Positions 24,195 to 35,453 are shown, numbered from the stretch's first letter. The stretch is 64,000 nt of DNA from Rebecca billardiae RCC1528 (GCA_965240325.2 OZ251227.1:1364001-1428000); one strand, 5' to 3'. Program-made: numbers and translations. The notes: a model not told the origin generated them from the sequence alone.

Positions 24195-26653
24195 GCTGGC
24201 CTCGCCACCAGCGCCGGCGGCGGCGGGTGCAAGCATATTGATTTGACGGGCGGGCGGAAGGGCTGCTGGCGGCCCTTCTGCAAGCGCCAGCTGCGGGCCG
24301 ACGGCGTATTTGTCGCCGGGCTCGAGAGGGGCTGCCAGCGGGCCTTGCCGCACGACTCCACGAGCGCCGCCAGCGGCGGGTGCAAGCATATTGATTTGAC
24401 GGGGCGGGAGGGCCGCTGGCGGCCTTTCTGCAAGCGCCAGCTACGGGCGGGCGGCGTATTTGTCGCCGGGCTCGAGAGGGGCTGCCAGCGGGCCTTGCCG
24501 CACGACTCCACGAGCGCCGCCAGCGGCGGGTACAAGCATATTGATTTGACGGGGCGGGAGGGCCGCTGGCGGCCCTTCTGCAAGCGCCAGCTACGGGCGG
24601 GCGGCGTATTTGTCGCCAGGCGCGAGAGGGGCTGCCAGCGGGCCTTGCCACGAGCGCCGCCAGCGGCGGGTGCAAGCATATTGATTTGACGGGGCGGGAG
24701 GGCCGCTGGCGGCCCTTCTGCAAGCGCCACTTACGTTACGGCGGGCGGCGTATTATTTTGTCGCCAGGCGCGAGAGGGGCTGCCAGCGGGCCTTGCCACG
24801 AGCACCTGCCAGCGGCGGGTGCAAGCATATTGATTGATTCGTGACGGCGGCCTCAGGCCCACTGACGGGGCGGGAGGGCCGCTGGCGGCCCTAGTCTGCA
24901 AGCGCCAGCTACGGGCGGGCGGCGTATTTGTCGCCAGGCGCGAGAGGGGCTGCCAGCGGGCCTTGCCACGAGCGCCGCCAGCGGCGGGTGCAAGCATATT
25001 GATTTGACGGGGCGGGAAGGCCGCTGGCGGCCCTTCGGCTTCTGCAAGCGCCAGCTACGGGCGGGCGGCGTATTTGTCGCCAGGCGCGAGAGGGGCTGCC
25101 AGCGGGCCTTGCCACGAGCGCCGCCAGCGGCGGGTGCAAGCATATTGATTTGACGGGGCGGGAAGGCCGCTGGCGGCCCTTCGGCTTCTGCAAGCGCCAG
25201 CTACGGGCGGGCGGCGTATTTGTCGCCAGGCGCGAGAGGGGCTGCCAGCGGGCCTTGCTACGAGCGCCGCCAGCGGCGGGTGCAAGCATATTTATTGATT
25301 TGACGGGGCGGGAGGGCCGCTGGCGGCCCTTCTGCAAGCGCCAGCTACGGGCGGGCGGCGTATTTGTCGCCAGGCGCGAGAGGGGCTGCCAGCGGGCCTT
25401 GCTACGAGCGCCGCCAGCGGCGCGGGTGCAAGCATATTGATTTGACGGGGCGGGAGGGCCGCTGGCGGCCCTTCTGCAAGCGCCAGCTACGGGCGGGCGG
25501 CGTATTTGTCGCCAGGCGCGAGAGGGGCTGCCAGCGGGCCTTGCTACGAGCGCCGCCAGCGGCGGGTGCAAGCATATTTATTGATTTGACGGGGCGGGAG
25601 GGCCGCTGGCGGCCCTTCTGCAAGCGCCAGCTACGGGCGGGCGGCGTATTTGTCGCCAGGCGCGAGAGGGGCTGCCAGCGGGCCTTGCCACGAGCGCCGC
25701 CAGCGGCGGGTGCAAGCATATTGATTTGACGGGGCGGGACCGCGGGAAGGCCGCTGGCGGCCCTTCTGCAAGCGCCAGCTACGGGCGGGCGGCGTATTTG
25801 TCGCCCGAGGCGCGAGAGGGGCTGCCAGCGGGCCTTGCCACGAGCGCCGCCAGCGGCGGGTGCAAGCATATTGATTTGACGGGGCGGGAAGGCCGCTGGC
25901 GGCCCTTCTGCAAGCGCCAGCTACGGGCGGGCGGCGTATTTGTCGCCAGGCGCGAGAGGAGCTGCCAGCGGGCCTTGCTACGAGCGCCGCCAGCGGCGGG
26001 TGCAAGCATATTTATTGATTTGACGGGGCGGGAGGGCCGCTGGCGGCCCTTCTGCAAGCGCCAGCTACGGGCGGGCGGCGTATTTGTCGCCAGGCGCGAG
26101 AGGGGCTGCCAGCGGGCCTTGCCACGAGCGCCGCCAGCGGCGGGTGCAAGCATATTGATTTGACGGGGCGGGAAGGCCGCTGGCGGCCCTTCTGCAAGCG
26201 CCAGCTACGGGCGGGCGGCGTATTTGTCGCCAGGCGCGAGAGGGGCTGCCAGCGGGCCTTGCCACGAGCGCCGCCAGCGGCGGGTGCAAGCATATTGATT
26301 TGACGGGGCGGGAGGGCCGCTGGCGGCCCTTCTGCAAGCGCCAGCTACGGGCGGGCGGCGTATTTGTCGCCAGGCGTGAGAGGGGCTGCCAGCGGGCCTT
26401 GCCACGAGCGCCGCCAGCGGCGGGTGCAAGCATATTGATTTGACGGGGCGGGAAGGCCGCTGGCGGCCCTTCTGCAAGCGCCAGCTACGGGCGGGCGGCG
26501 TATTTGTCGCCAGGCGCGAGAGGGGCTGCCAGCGGGCCTTGCTACGAGCGCCGCCAGCGGCGGGTGCAAGCAGTATTGATAGGGCGGGGCGGGAGGGCTG
26601 CTGGCGGACCAAGTTTGTTCCCGGGAAGCAGCCGCCAGCAGCCCTTTCTGGTG
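24195..26653 (-). repeat. Satellite S1 right array (inverted), about 17 units of mostly 140-150 bp
   Basis: CAAGCATATT(TATT)GATT recurs from about 24230 to 26430. The array ends in CAGCCCTTTCTGGTG (26653), mirroring CACCGGAAAGGGCTG (14788). Confidence 0.97.
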
Positions 26654-27928
26654 TAGACCCTTCTGGAATGGGTGTCACGCCCCGTTCAGTGTACCTCTCA
26701 CGGCCGATGGCGGCCCCCACGTGCGTGAGGAATGCGATTCGTGCACTCCTCGGTGACCGGTGAGTGCACGAATCCAGTTGCGGCGCTCGTCCGCCTCGTC
26801 GTCGTCGCACACGAGGTACACTGAAGAGCACGGGTCAGAAGCCAGATCTCTCTGCGCGCTCGCGCCCGCGTGGTGAGGCACTGGCAGGCTTGTTCTCATC
26901 ATCTTGGCCAAGACTGCAGCCTGCCAGATGCGCGATGACGCGTGTGCACGCCTTTCTGCGCGCCATGGGTGCGCGGGGCACGCACCTTGTCGTCATCTAC
27001 GCCGAGGAGGCCTGAACAACCGGCCCACCAACCTGCCGTGACAACGTTCAAATGCAGGCGGCAAGCTGCATGCGCAAACATCTCACGCTCGACAAGGAAG
27101 TGGCGGCGGAGCGAGTAGAGCTGGTATCGTTTGCAGTCCATCTGTCGTTCTACAATCCTGGTTCACCAACTGACACGGGCGCGACGCAGCTAAGGCAGAG
27201 TGCTTGCAGCTTGCAACGCGCCCGCAACCGCGGTTTGCTGCCGCGGCGCGGCGATCGTCACACTGCCGTGCGCTGCGAGTGACCCGTCTGTGTCATGGCG
27301 AAGCACCATGGCAAGGCTTAGCAGCAAGCATTGGCATGATCTTTAGCTACAGCTCAGCGCCCTAGTACGAACATGCGCCAACGACGTGCCATCACTACTC
27401 CGCAATCGCGCCGGTACCCACCACCAGCGGGCAAGCCGCCATTTTACCGCGTTGGCGAATGTCGCCGTTGGGCTCTGGTAGAAATAAAACAGGCCTCGTT
27501 TAGGCTTCAATTCCAGGGTGTAGCATCCGCCTGTGCCAATTTCAGACTGCCAAAATGTGATCTAGACGACGGTGCGATTCTTATGGTGCAAATAGCGAGA
27601 TCACCTTGGAGATCGTGTATCTCCCCTACTAATGTTGCCGAGATCGCGTCGAGATTGAGGCCGTGTATCATCATCTCCAGTATGTGACATCATTTTTTCG
27701 CAAACTTGTCAGCGTGACCGCCCAGCTCATTTCAGGCGAATATTGACATCCCGAAGTTTGAAATTGAGAGCCTCATCTCAAGACGACAGGAAGTTGGATT
27801 TTGGGCCACGCACCCCCCAGACTGATGATCCGACGGTCTGATGCCGATGCGCACCCGCCCGACTAGCGGACTACCCGGTCTAGTTACAGCCGTCCGTTTA
27901 CCGTTACGTCTACTACTCAGACCGTCTA

Positions 27929-28394
27929 TAGTGGGGTCAGAGCTCCGACCGTTACACTCCCGAGTGACACAATCTCCCGAAATCTCGAAATATGAAATAT
28001 CTCCTCGGTTTGTAACTGTTTGAGTCCGCCGTTTGAGTTCGTTTACTTCGTTTAGGCTTCAATTCCAGGGTGTAGAATCCGCCTGTGCCAATTTCAGACT
28101 GCCAAAATGTGATCTAGACGACGGTGCGATTCTTATGGTGCAAATAGCGAGATCACCTTGGAGATCGTGTATCTCCCCTACTAATGTTGCCGAGATCGCG
28201 TCGAGATTGAGGCCGTGTATCATCATCTCCAGTATGTGACATCATTTTTTCGCAAACTTGTCAGCGTGACCGCCCAGCTCATTTCAGGCGAATATTGACA
28301 TCCCGAAGTTTGAAATTGAGAGCCTCGTCATCTCAAGACGACAGGAAGTTGGATTTTGGGCCACGCACCCCCCAGTGGGGCTCTGACCCCTCTA
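27929..28394. mobile_element. ~466-bp MITE, MULE-like (18-bp imperfect TIR, 9-11-bp TSD)
   Basis: TAGTGGGGTCAGAGCTCC (27929-27946) and GGGGCTCTGACCCCTCTA (28377-28394) match at 16/18 inverted. They are flanked by the direct repeat CAGACCGTCTA at 27918-27928 and 28395-28405. Confidence 0.85.
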
Positions 28395-28546
28395 CAGACC
28401 GTCTAGCTAACAACGGTATATCGCTACTTAATAAAATAACTTAATACGATCGAGTGACGACATGCAATATGACGACGATATGCATTATGCTGTATGCATC
28501 GTCATCCGACGCCAACACATATATCGCGTCATCATCGTCATGCTGG

Positions 28547-30469
28547 TCAACTGCTGGCGGTGCTGGCGGGGCATGACGAGTTGGCCAGCGCCGCCACCTT
28601 GCGAGTGACCTTCCGCCAGTCGGCGTGCTCAGCCGCGTGCTCACCCGCGCGCTGGTAGTGCGCTTCGTCGGCCAGCTGGGCCGGGGCGGTGGGCGCGGCA
28701 GCACCACTGCTCGCGTGACCGTCGCGTGCGGCGGCGCCAGCGGTTGCGGTGCACACGAAGGGCTCGGCTGGCAGCTCGGCCTCGCGCACCAGCTCGGCGT
28801 GTTCCGCGGCAAACGCGCGCCAGTGGCACACGAGCGGGTCTCCGGGCGCGCCTGCCGCGGGCACAGCCACCATCTCGCGCGGCTGCGCTCCGTAGTCCAC
28901 GCCCTTGCCGGCGAAGTGGGCGGCGCGGCCGAACGGGCTCGCGTCGTCCTGCCACAGCTTGGCGATCGCGCGCGGCACGGGCATGCACGGCGTGCCGCCC
29001 GCGCTCGGCGCGCCCAGCTTCACCTGGCGGCACGCGCGCGTGCCCTGCAGCGCGGGCCGCACGTGAGGCTTGTACCGCGCGGAGCGGCGCGCGCACTCGG
29101 TGCCGTTGCGCGCGCGCGCGCGCCGCGGCGCCGACGTGTACTCGGTCATCGCGAGCTCGAGCGCGTCCTCCGCGCGCTGCTCGCGCCGCGCGCGCGCGAC
29201 CGCCGCGTCGATGCGCGCCCGCGGCCCGAGCGCCGCCTCGACCGCGCCCGCCGCCCTGCCCCCGCCAAAGTGCGACCACAGCGTCGCGTCGCTCGGCGCG
29301 ATGCGCGCGACGAGCGCGCGGCACGCCGCCTTGTCCGGGCACGCCTCGGCGAGCGTGACGGCGGGCGGCGTGGGCTGCCCCGGCCAGCCCGCGTGGTGCT
29401 TCGCGCTCGGCGCCGCGCGCGTCACCCGCGCCGGCGGCAGCCCCGTGCGCGCGCGCACGAGCAGCGCGTGCTCCTCGACGGCGGCCGCGTCGCCCACGTG
29501 ATCGAACGCGCGCAGCGCGGAGCGCAGCGCCTTGCCGTCCTGCTCGCTGAACGCGTTCCAGTGGCGGCACGCGGGGAGGGGCTCCGAGCCCTCGTACGGC
29601 GGGTAGTCGACGCACCAGCCGATCCCCGCGCGTAGCAGCGTCTGCGACTGCAGGTCGTGCGCGCTCGACGCCCAGTCGGTGAAGTTGCGGCCCCAGCGCC
29701 AGCGGCGCGCGAGCGCGACCGGCTCATCCGGCCCCGCTGCCTCGCACCGCACGAGCAGCCGGCGTCCGCGCACGCGCGCGCGCACGGCGGATGGCTCGGT
29801 CTGGTCGGCCGGCGCGCGCATCATGCGCTCGCACTGCCACGCGGCCAGCTGCCGCCCCATCACCGCCCACTTGTAGTACGACCAGTAGAAGGCGAAGGGC
29901 TCGCGCACGCGCGTCGAAAGCGTCAGCCGGCAGCCGCGCGGCGCGAGCGCGGCGCGCAGCCGGCTGAGCTGAGGGACGCTACCCGCGAAGTAGTCGACGG
30001 GGAAGTGGAGCTCAATGCACAGCCGCAAGAGCGTCGACGCGCTGAGCGGCTGCGTCTCGAGGTACTTGAGCAGCCCGATCCAGTTGCCGTGCTGCGGTGA
30101 ATACCCCCAGTAGAGGCACCGCCCCGCCGCCTGGTGCGCGAGCATGATGTTGCGCATCGTCGTGCCGCCCGTCTTCACGTTGTGCCGGTCGATCCAGATC
30201 GAGCAGTTCGGCTGGGGCCCAGCGTCCACTCGCAGCGTGCCGTCCGGCGAGAGGAGGAAGGCGTCGCCGGCGCCGACAGCAGCGGCCGCCGAATCTGCGC
30301 GTCTGCTCGCGCTGTTGTCCGCGGCGGCGGCGCCCGCTCCGGTCGGGGCCGGGGCCGGAGCCGCCACGTCCGCCACGTCGTGCACGGTGCGCCGGCCTTG
30401 CAGGCCGAGCAGCACCAGGCCAACCATCACCACCGCGAGCACCGCGCGGCCGACGCGCCCCATGCGCAT
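28547..30469 (-). CDS. Golgi-type (type II membrane) sulfotransferase-like protein
   Basis: N-terminal TM anchor; HNVKTGGTT (5'-phosphosulfate-binding loop) and TRVREPFAFYWSYY (3'-phosphate-binding R-x-P...S motif). Confidence 0.8.
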   Translation of the reverse strand: MRMGRVGRAVLAVVMVGLVLLGLQGRRTVHDVADVAAPAPAPTGAGAAAADNSASRRADSAAAAVGAGDAFLLSPDGTLRVDAGPQPNCSIWIDRHNVKTGGTTMRNIMLAHQAAGRCLYWGYSPQHGNWIGLLKYLETQPLSASTLLRLCIELHFPVDYFAGSVPQLSRLRAALAPRGCRLTLSTRVREPFAFYWSYYKWAVMGRQLAAWQCERMMRAPADQTEPSAVRARVRGRRLLVRCEAAGPDEPVALARRWRWGRNFTDWASSAHDLQSQTLLRAGIGWCVDYPPYEGSEPLPACRHWNAFSEQDGKALRSALRAFDHVGDAAAVEEHALLVRARTGLPPARVTRAAPSAKHHAGWPGQPTPPAVTLAEACPDKAACRALVARIAPSDATLWSHFGGGRAAGAVEAALGPRARIDAAVARARREQRAEDALELAMTEYTSAPRRARARNGTECARRSARYKPHVRPALQGTRACRQVKLGAPSAGGTPCMPVPRAIAKLWQDDASPFGRAAHFAGKGVDYGAQPREMVAVPAAGAPGDPLVCHWRAFAAEHAELVREAELPAEPFVCTATAGAAARDGHASSGAAAPTAPAQLADEAHYQRAGEHAAEHADWRKVTRKVAALANSSCPASTASS

Positions 30470-30655
30470 GCTCCGGCGTCGGCCGGCCGCAGCGGTTCTC
30501 GCTTGAACTTACTAGTACCAGTACTGTCGTACAGTTACTATGGTACACAGTACAATACTGCTACTGTAGTCTGTAGCACTAAGCTATGCACACGGGTAAG
30601 TAATACGACTGCGCCAAGACTTGGGCGCGCCGTCCCCCGCGCGCACTCCGCTCGT

Positions 30656-31336
30656 TCAGCTTGTCGGTTTGTCTGCCTCGCGCGTGTAGCCCTCCTCGCC
30701 CTCGTACTCCTGCTGGCTGTCCGCCTCGACATAGCGCCAGCCGCCGTCAGCCGCGCGTTCAAACGCCGAGCTCTCGTGGAGCGTGACCACACGCTCGCTC
30801 AGAATCTTCGAGCGGCTTTTGAGCGTGGCTGGCGCGCGCGCCATGTACTCGACGCTCATCTTACACCGCGCGCGCTCGCTCCCGCCGTCCGCCGGCGCCT
30901 CGTCCACCACCTCGCCCAGCTGCAGCGACTTGAAGTTGTACGAGCCCATGTAGCTCAGCAGCTCCTTGCGCAGACCCTTAGTATCGGCAGCGGCCTTCGC
31001 GTGCGCGGGCGAGAGCAGGAAGTCGGGCAGGCGGTACTGGTACGCGGTGAAGCGCGCGCGTATGAGCTCGTGGACGCTCGTCGCGAGCTCGCCGTCGTGC
31101 AGCCGGCTGCAGCACGAGCCGTACGGCTGTCCGCTGCCGCAGCCGCACGGCGTGTCGGCCGTCGGTCGTCGATCGCCCGACGTGCGCGCGCGACCAAAGC
31201 CTTTCGAGGCGGCGGCGAGCGGCTGTGCTCGGCGGGTGATCGCGCACCGGCGGAGCGGCAACGCGGTCTGGCTGCCAACCGCATGCGCGAAGCCCGCGCC
31301 CGTCCAGCCGAGGAGGAGGAGAAAGCCCGTCCACAT
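30656..31336 (-). CDS. YchJ/SEC-C-motif protein, probably plastid-targeted
   Basis: PCGCGSGQPYGSCC (SEC-C), ELIRARFTAY and LHESSAFER..GGWRYVEAD match YchJ. Hydrophobic signal-like start MWTGFLLLLGW. Confidence 0.85.
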   Translation of the reverse strand: MWTGFLLLLGWTGAGFAHAVGSQTALPLRRCAITRRAQPLAAASKGFGRARTSGDRRPTADTPCGCGSGQPYGSCCSRLHDGELATSVHELIRARFTAYQYRLPDFLLSPAHAKAAADTKGLRKELLSYMGSYNFKSLQLGEVVDEAPADGGSERARCKMSVEYMARAPATLKSRSKILSERVVTLHESSAFERAADGGWRYVEADSQQEYEGEEGYTREADKPTS

Positions 31337-31661
31337 CGCGAATGGCGGCCAGCCGGCAGCCGGGCACGTCGCGGGGCGGCCGTGCAAGATCGGCGATCGC
31401 CCGGACCAGCCCGCGCTTACCCCGCCGGCGCGGCGGGCCGCTGACCTTCACCTTGCCACGCCAGCCGCTCGCGTCTCGAGAGGCGGACGCTGGCATCTCG
31501 GCGCGCTCGCACAGGCCGCCGCTGGCAGGTTCCCGCCTCCACGGGGGGACCGAGGGGCCTGGTCTGCGCGCTCGGCTCCTGCCTCCGCGCCGCGCACGCG
31601 CCACCTTGCGCCTCGCTCCTCCCCGCCGCGGCATTTTGCGCCGCGCGACGGCGACGGCCCG

Positions 31662-33065
31662 ATGGCGAGCGCCGAGGGCAAGTTTGCGCCCGGCCAGATC
31701 GTGTTCGTGCCGGACGATGAGCGCGTGTGCCGCGCGTGCCGCGTGATCCGGTGCAACGGCTACCCGCCGCGCATGGCGATCACGCTCGAGCCCGTCGACG
31801 GCTCGCCCGCCTTCGAGCCGAGCGCCGAGGCGGCGGCCGGCATCGAGGAGGCGGATGCGCTCTCACTCGCCGGCTCGCCCGACCTGTCCAAGCTGACGCA
31901 CCTGAGCGAGTACGCGATCCTGCACGACCTGCGCACGCGGTACGAGCGCGACGAGATCTACACCAACGTCGGCACCATCCTCGTCTCCATCAACCCGTTC
32001 AAGGACGTGAGCGGCTCGGACGCAGACGTGCTGGCGCGCGCGCGCGCGGCGGACGCGCGCGCGTGGGACGAGCTGCCGCCGCACGTGTTCGTGCTGTCGG
32101 AGCACGCGTACCGCGACGCGCTGCGCGAGCGGCGGCCGCAGTCCATCCTGATCAGCGGCGAGTCGGGCGCGGGCAAGACCGAGTCCACCAAGCTGTGGCT
32201 GCGCCACCTGGTGAGCCGCTCGCAGGGCGCGGGCAGCGCGGCCGGCTCGGCCGCCTCGCAGATCGAGGCGTCGCTGCTCGCGTGCAACCCGGTGCTCGAG
32301 TCGTTCGGCAACGCGGCGACGACGCGCAACCACAACTCCTCGCGCTTCGGCAAGTGGATCGAGGTCTCGCTCGACGCGAGCGCGGGCGGCAGCATCTGCG
32401 CCGCTCGGCTCACGTCGTATCTGCTCGAGCGCTCGCGCGTGACGGGGCACGCGCGCGGCGAGCGCAGCTTCCACGCCTTCTACCAGCTGCTCGCGGGCGT
32501 GGCGGCGGACGGCGGGCTGGGCGCGCGGCTGCGCCTCGAGCCGCGCCCCGCGGCGTACCGCTACCTCCGCCCGGCCGGCGCCGACGACGCGCCGGCGCTC
32601 GCGCGCGCGGACGCCGAGCGGCGCGGCCAGTGCTCGCGCGCGCTCGCGAGCCTGGGGCTGGGCGGCGCGGAGGAGGCGGCGCTCGACGCGGTGGTCGCGG
32701 CGGTGCTGCACGTGGGCAACGTGGGCTTCGAGGCGGCGAGCGCGGGCGAGCACCAGGACGACGGCGCCGCCGTCTCGCCCGCCAGCGCCGCCGACCTCGA
32801 CGCGACAGCCTTCCTGCTGGGCGTGGGCGCGGAGTCGCTCGCTGACGCTCTCACGGTGCGGCTTGTCGGTCGGTTCCCCGCCGTGCGCGTGCCGCTGTCG
32901 CTCGCGCACGCGAACGCGCAGCGCGACGCGCTGGCGCGTGCGCTTTACGCCGCGCTCTTCGACGACCACCTCTTCGCCGAGCTCAACCGCCAGATGCACG
33001 GCCTCTCGCACGGCGGCGGCGGCGGCGGCGGCGGTGGCGGCAGCGGCGGCGGCGGCAGCGGCGGC

Positions 33066-33096
<31 letters not shown>

Positions 33097-35418
33097 GCAG
33101 CGGCAGCGGCAGCGGCCTGTACGTGGGCTGCCTCGACATCTTCGGCTTCGAGTCGTTCGAGACGAACGGGATCGAGCAGCTGCTGATCAACTACGCGAAC
33201 GAGCGGCTGCACCACCTCTTCAACGTGCACGTCTTCGAGATGGACCTGCGGCAGCTCACGGACGACGGGATCGAGGTGCTGGACGCGGGCGCGCACGCGG
33301 CGCTTGCGTACGGCGACAACGCGGCCGCGCTCGCGCTGCTGCACGGCGGGCCGCGCGCGGGGGTGGGCGGCGGGGGCGGGCCGCTCGCGCCGCCGCCCGC
33401 CGGCTCGGTCCTCTCCCTCCTCTCCGAGGAGGTCACGCTGCCCAACGGCTCGGACGCCAACTACCTCGAGAAGCTGCTCGGCGGCGTGCGCGCCCAGCCC
33501 ACGTTTGTCGCGCCCAAGGGCGGCGCGGCGCGCGGCGAGTTCGGCGTGCGGCACTACGCGGGCGAGGTGACGTACCGCGTGGAGGGGTTCATCGAGAAGA
33601 ACCGCAACGCCGTGCCGACCGAGCTCGTCGGGCTGCTCGCCGCCTCCTCCGTCGGGCTGCTCGCGCGCGTCTTTGGCGAGCTCAAGCGCGCGGCCGACTC
33701 GGCCGCGGCCGGCGCGGGCGGCGGCGCGCGGCAGCGCGGCGCGGCCGGCGGCGGCGCGCGCCGCCCGTCGGCGGCGGGCGGGGCGGGCGGTCGCGGCGCG
33801 CTCTCGGCGGTGTTCACGCGCTCGCTCGACGCCCTCCTCGAGCGCCTCGGCGCCACCTCCATCCACTTCGTCCGCTGCGTCAAGCCCAACTCGGCGCTGC
33901 TCGCCGGCTCATTGCACGCGCCCTTCTGCATGGCGCAGCTGCGGTACATGGGGATGCTCGCACTCGCTGCGGTGCGCAAGCGCGGGTACGCGCACCGGAT
34001 GGGGCACGCGGCGTTCCTCGAGCGGTACGCGATGGTGCTGCCGCACGACGTGGGCGCCGCGCTCCCCGCCCTCGACCCGTCCGCGCGGCGCGGCCTGTGC
34101 GAGCGCGCGCTCGGCGCGCTCGCCCCCGCGCTCGCGCGGAGCGGCGGCGCGGCCGCGGCCGCCGACGGCATGGCGCCGTTTGCGGTCGGGCGCTCGCTCG
34201 TGTGCATGCGCGCGCCGCTGCACGTGGCGCTCGAGGCGGCGCGCGAGGGTGCGGTGCGCACGCACCTGCTCGAGCGCGTGCGCGCGGAGGCCTCTGCGCG
34301 CCACCCCGACCTCGACGCGCTGCAGCAGGTCGTGGGCCTCGCGCTCGAGGTCGGGCTCGAGGCCAACGCGGACGTGCAGGGGGCGCTCGCCACGCTGCGC
34401 ACGCTGCGCGAGCGGAACGAGGTGGCGGCGTCGCTCGCGGAGGTGCTTGAGCGGGGCGCGCTGGCGCACGGCGAGGTGCCGCGCGTGCAGGAGCTGCTCG
34501 CGCGCGCCGAGCGCCTCGGCGTCGACGCCGCGCTCCTCGGCCGCGCGCGCGCGCTCGTCGAGCGCGCGGCGCAGAGCGGTGTCGCCGAGGAGCGGCTGCG
34601 CGCGGCGCTGCACTCGGCCGCCGAGCCGGGCGCGGCGCCGGCGGAGGTGGCGAAGGCGCTCGGCGCGCTGGTCGAGGCGGCGTCGCGGCTCGACGTCTCG
34701 CCCGAGCTCGTGCAGCAGGCCCGGCGCGAGTCCGAGGCGGCGGCCGAGCGCGCGCGCGTGTTGCACGAGCTTGGCGCGCTCGCGGCCGCGTCGGCCGGCG
34801 CGCCGCTGTCGGGGGCGCAGGGGGCGCGGCTGGACGAGCTGCTGCAGCGCGCGGCGGCGCTGGGGCTGGGGCGCGCGGCGGAGGTGCGCGCGGCCGAGGG
34901 GCGGCAGGCGCGCGACGACGAGCACCGACGGCGCGAGGCCGAGGCGGCCGCGGCCGCCGCGGCGAAGCAGGCGGCGGCGGCGGCGGCGGCGGCGGCGGGC
35001 GCGGGCGCGGCGGCCGCGCCCACGCCCGCCGCGCCCGCCGGCGCGGCGCAGCCCGAGCGGCCGCACCCGCGGCTGCCCGCGCTGCCGCCGGCGCCCGGTG
35101 CGCCCGGCACGCCGCGCGTGCAGGTGCCCGACCTCTTCGCCTCCGCGCAGCCCGGCCCGCAGCTCCCGCCGCTGTGCCAGCCGCTCGCGCAGCGCCTCGC
35201 CGCTCTGGAAGCGGAGGGGCTGGGCGTGTGGCGCGTGGTGCACGCGGCGCTGCTCGGCGGGGGGTCGGGCGGCGCGCAGGGCGGCGAGTGGCGGCTGGTG
35301 CGCGGGCGGCTGTTCCTCTCGGCGGACCAGCTCACGCTGCGCTGGGTGCCCGCCGCGCCCGTCGAGGGCGCGCGCGGCAAGGCGCCAATGGCGCTCGCGC
35401 GCGCGCCCTCCGGCGGAA

Positions 35419-35453
<35 letters not shown>

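Larger units (their letters stand above)
14703..27495. mobile_element. 12,793-bp non-autonomous foldback-like DNA transposon (22-bp TIR, 4-bp TSD)
   Basis: GGCCTGTTTTATTTCTACCAGA at 14703-14724 has its exact reverse complement at 27474-27495. TCGT is duplicated at 14699-14702 and 27496-27499. The empty site GTTTACTTCGTTTAGGC is at about 28041-28057. No transposase ORF was recognised. Confidence 0.93.
14467..28375 (+). repeat. ~555-bp direct tandem duplication; copy 1 = 14467-14702 + 27496-27820 (split by the 12.8-kb element), copy 2 = 27820-28375
   Basis: GACTGATGATCC...GTTTACTTCGT occurs at 14467 and 27820. TCGTTTAGGCTTC...CACCCCCCAG occurs at 27496 and 28048. The copies differ at only about 5 sites. 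Confidence 0.95.

Noticed and set aside
14788-26653. CRISPR-like or integron-like array
   Set aside because: Units are tandem monomers without unique spacers. The context is eukaryotic and no cas or integrase gene is present.
14703-27495. Palindrome as an amplification or assembly foldback artefact
   Set aside because: Arms differ in unit number and carry arm-specific variants, and the TIR, TSD and empty site are coherent. An artefact would be an exact mirror. Exact unit counts still need read support.
30966-31661. Upstream extension of the myosin ORF
   Set aside because: It overlaps the YchJ gene on the opposite strand and starts at a non-ATG codon. Myosin similarity begins at ATG 31662.
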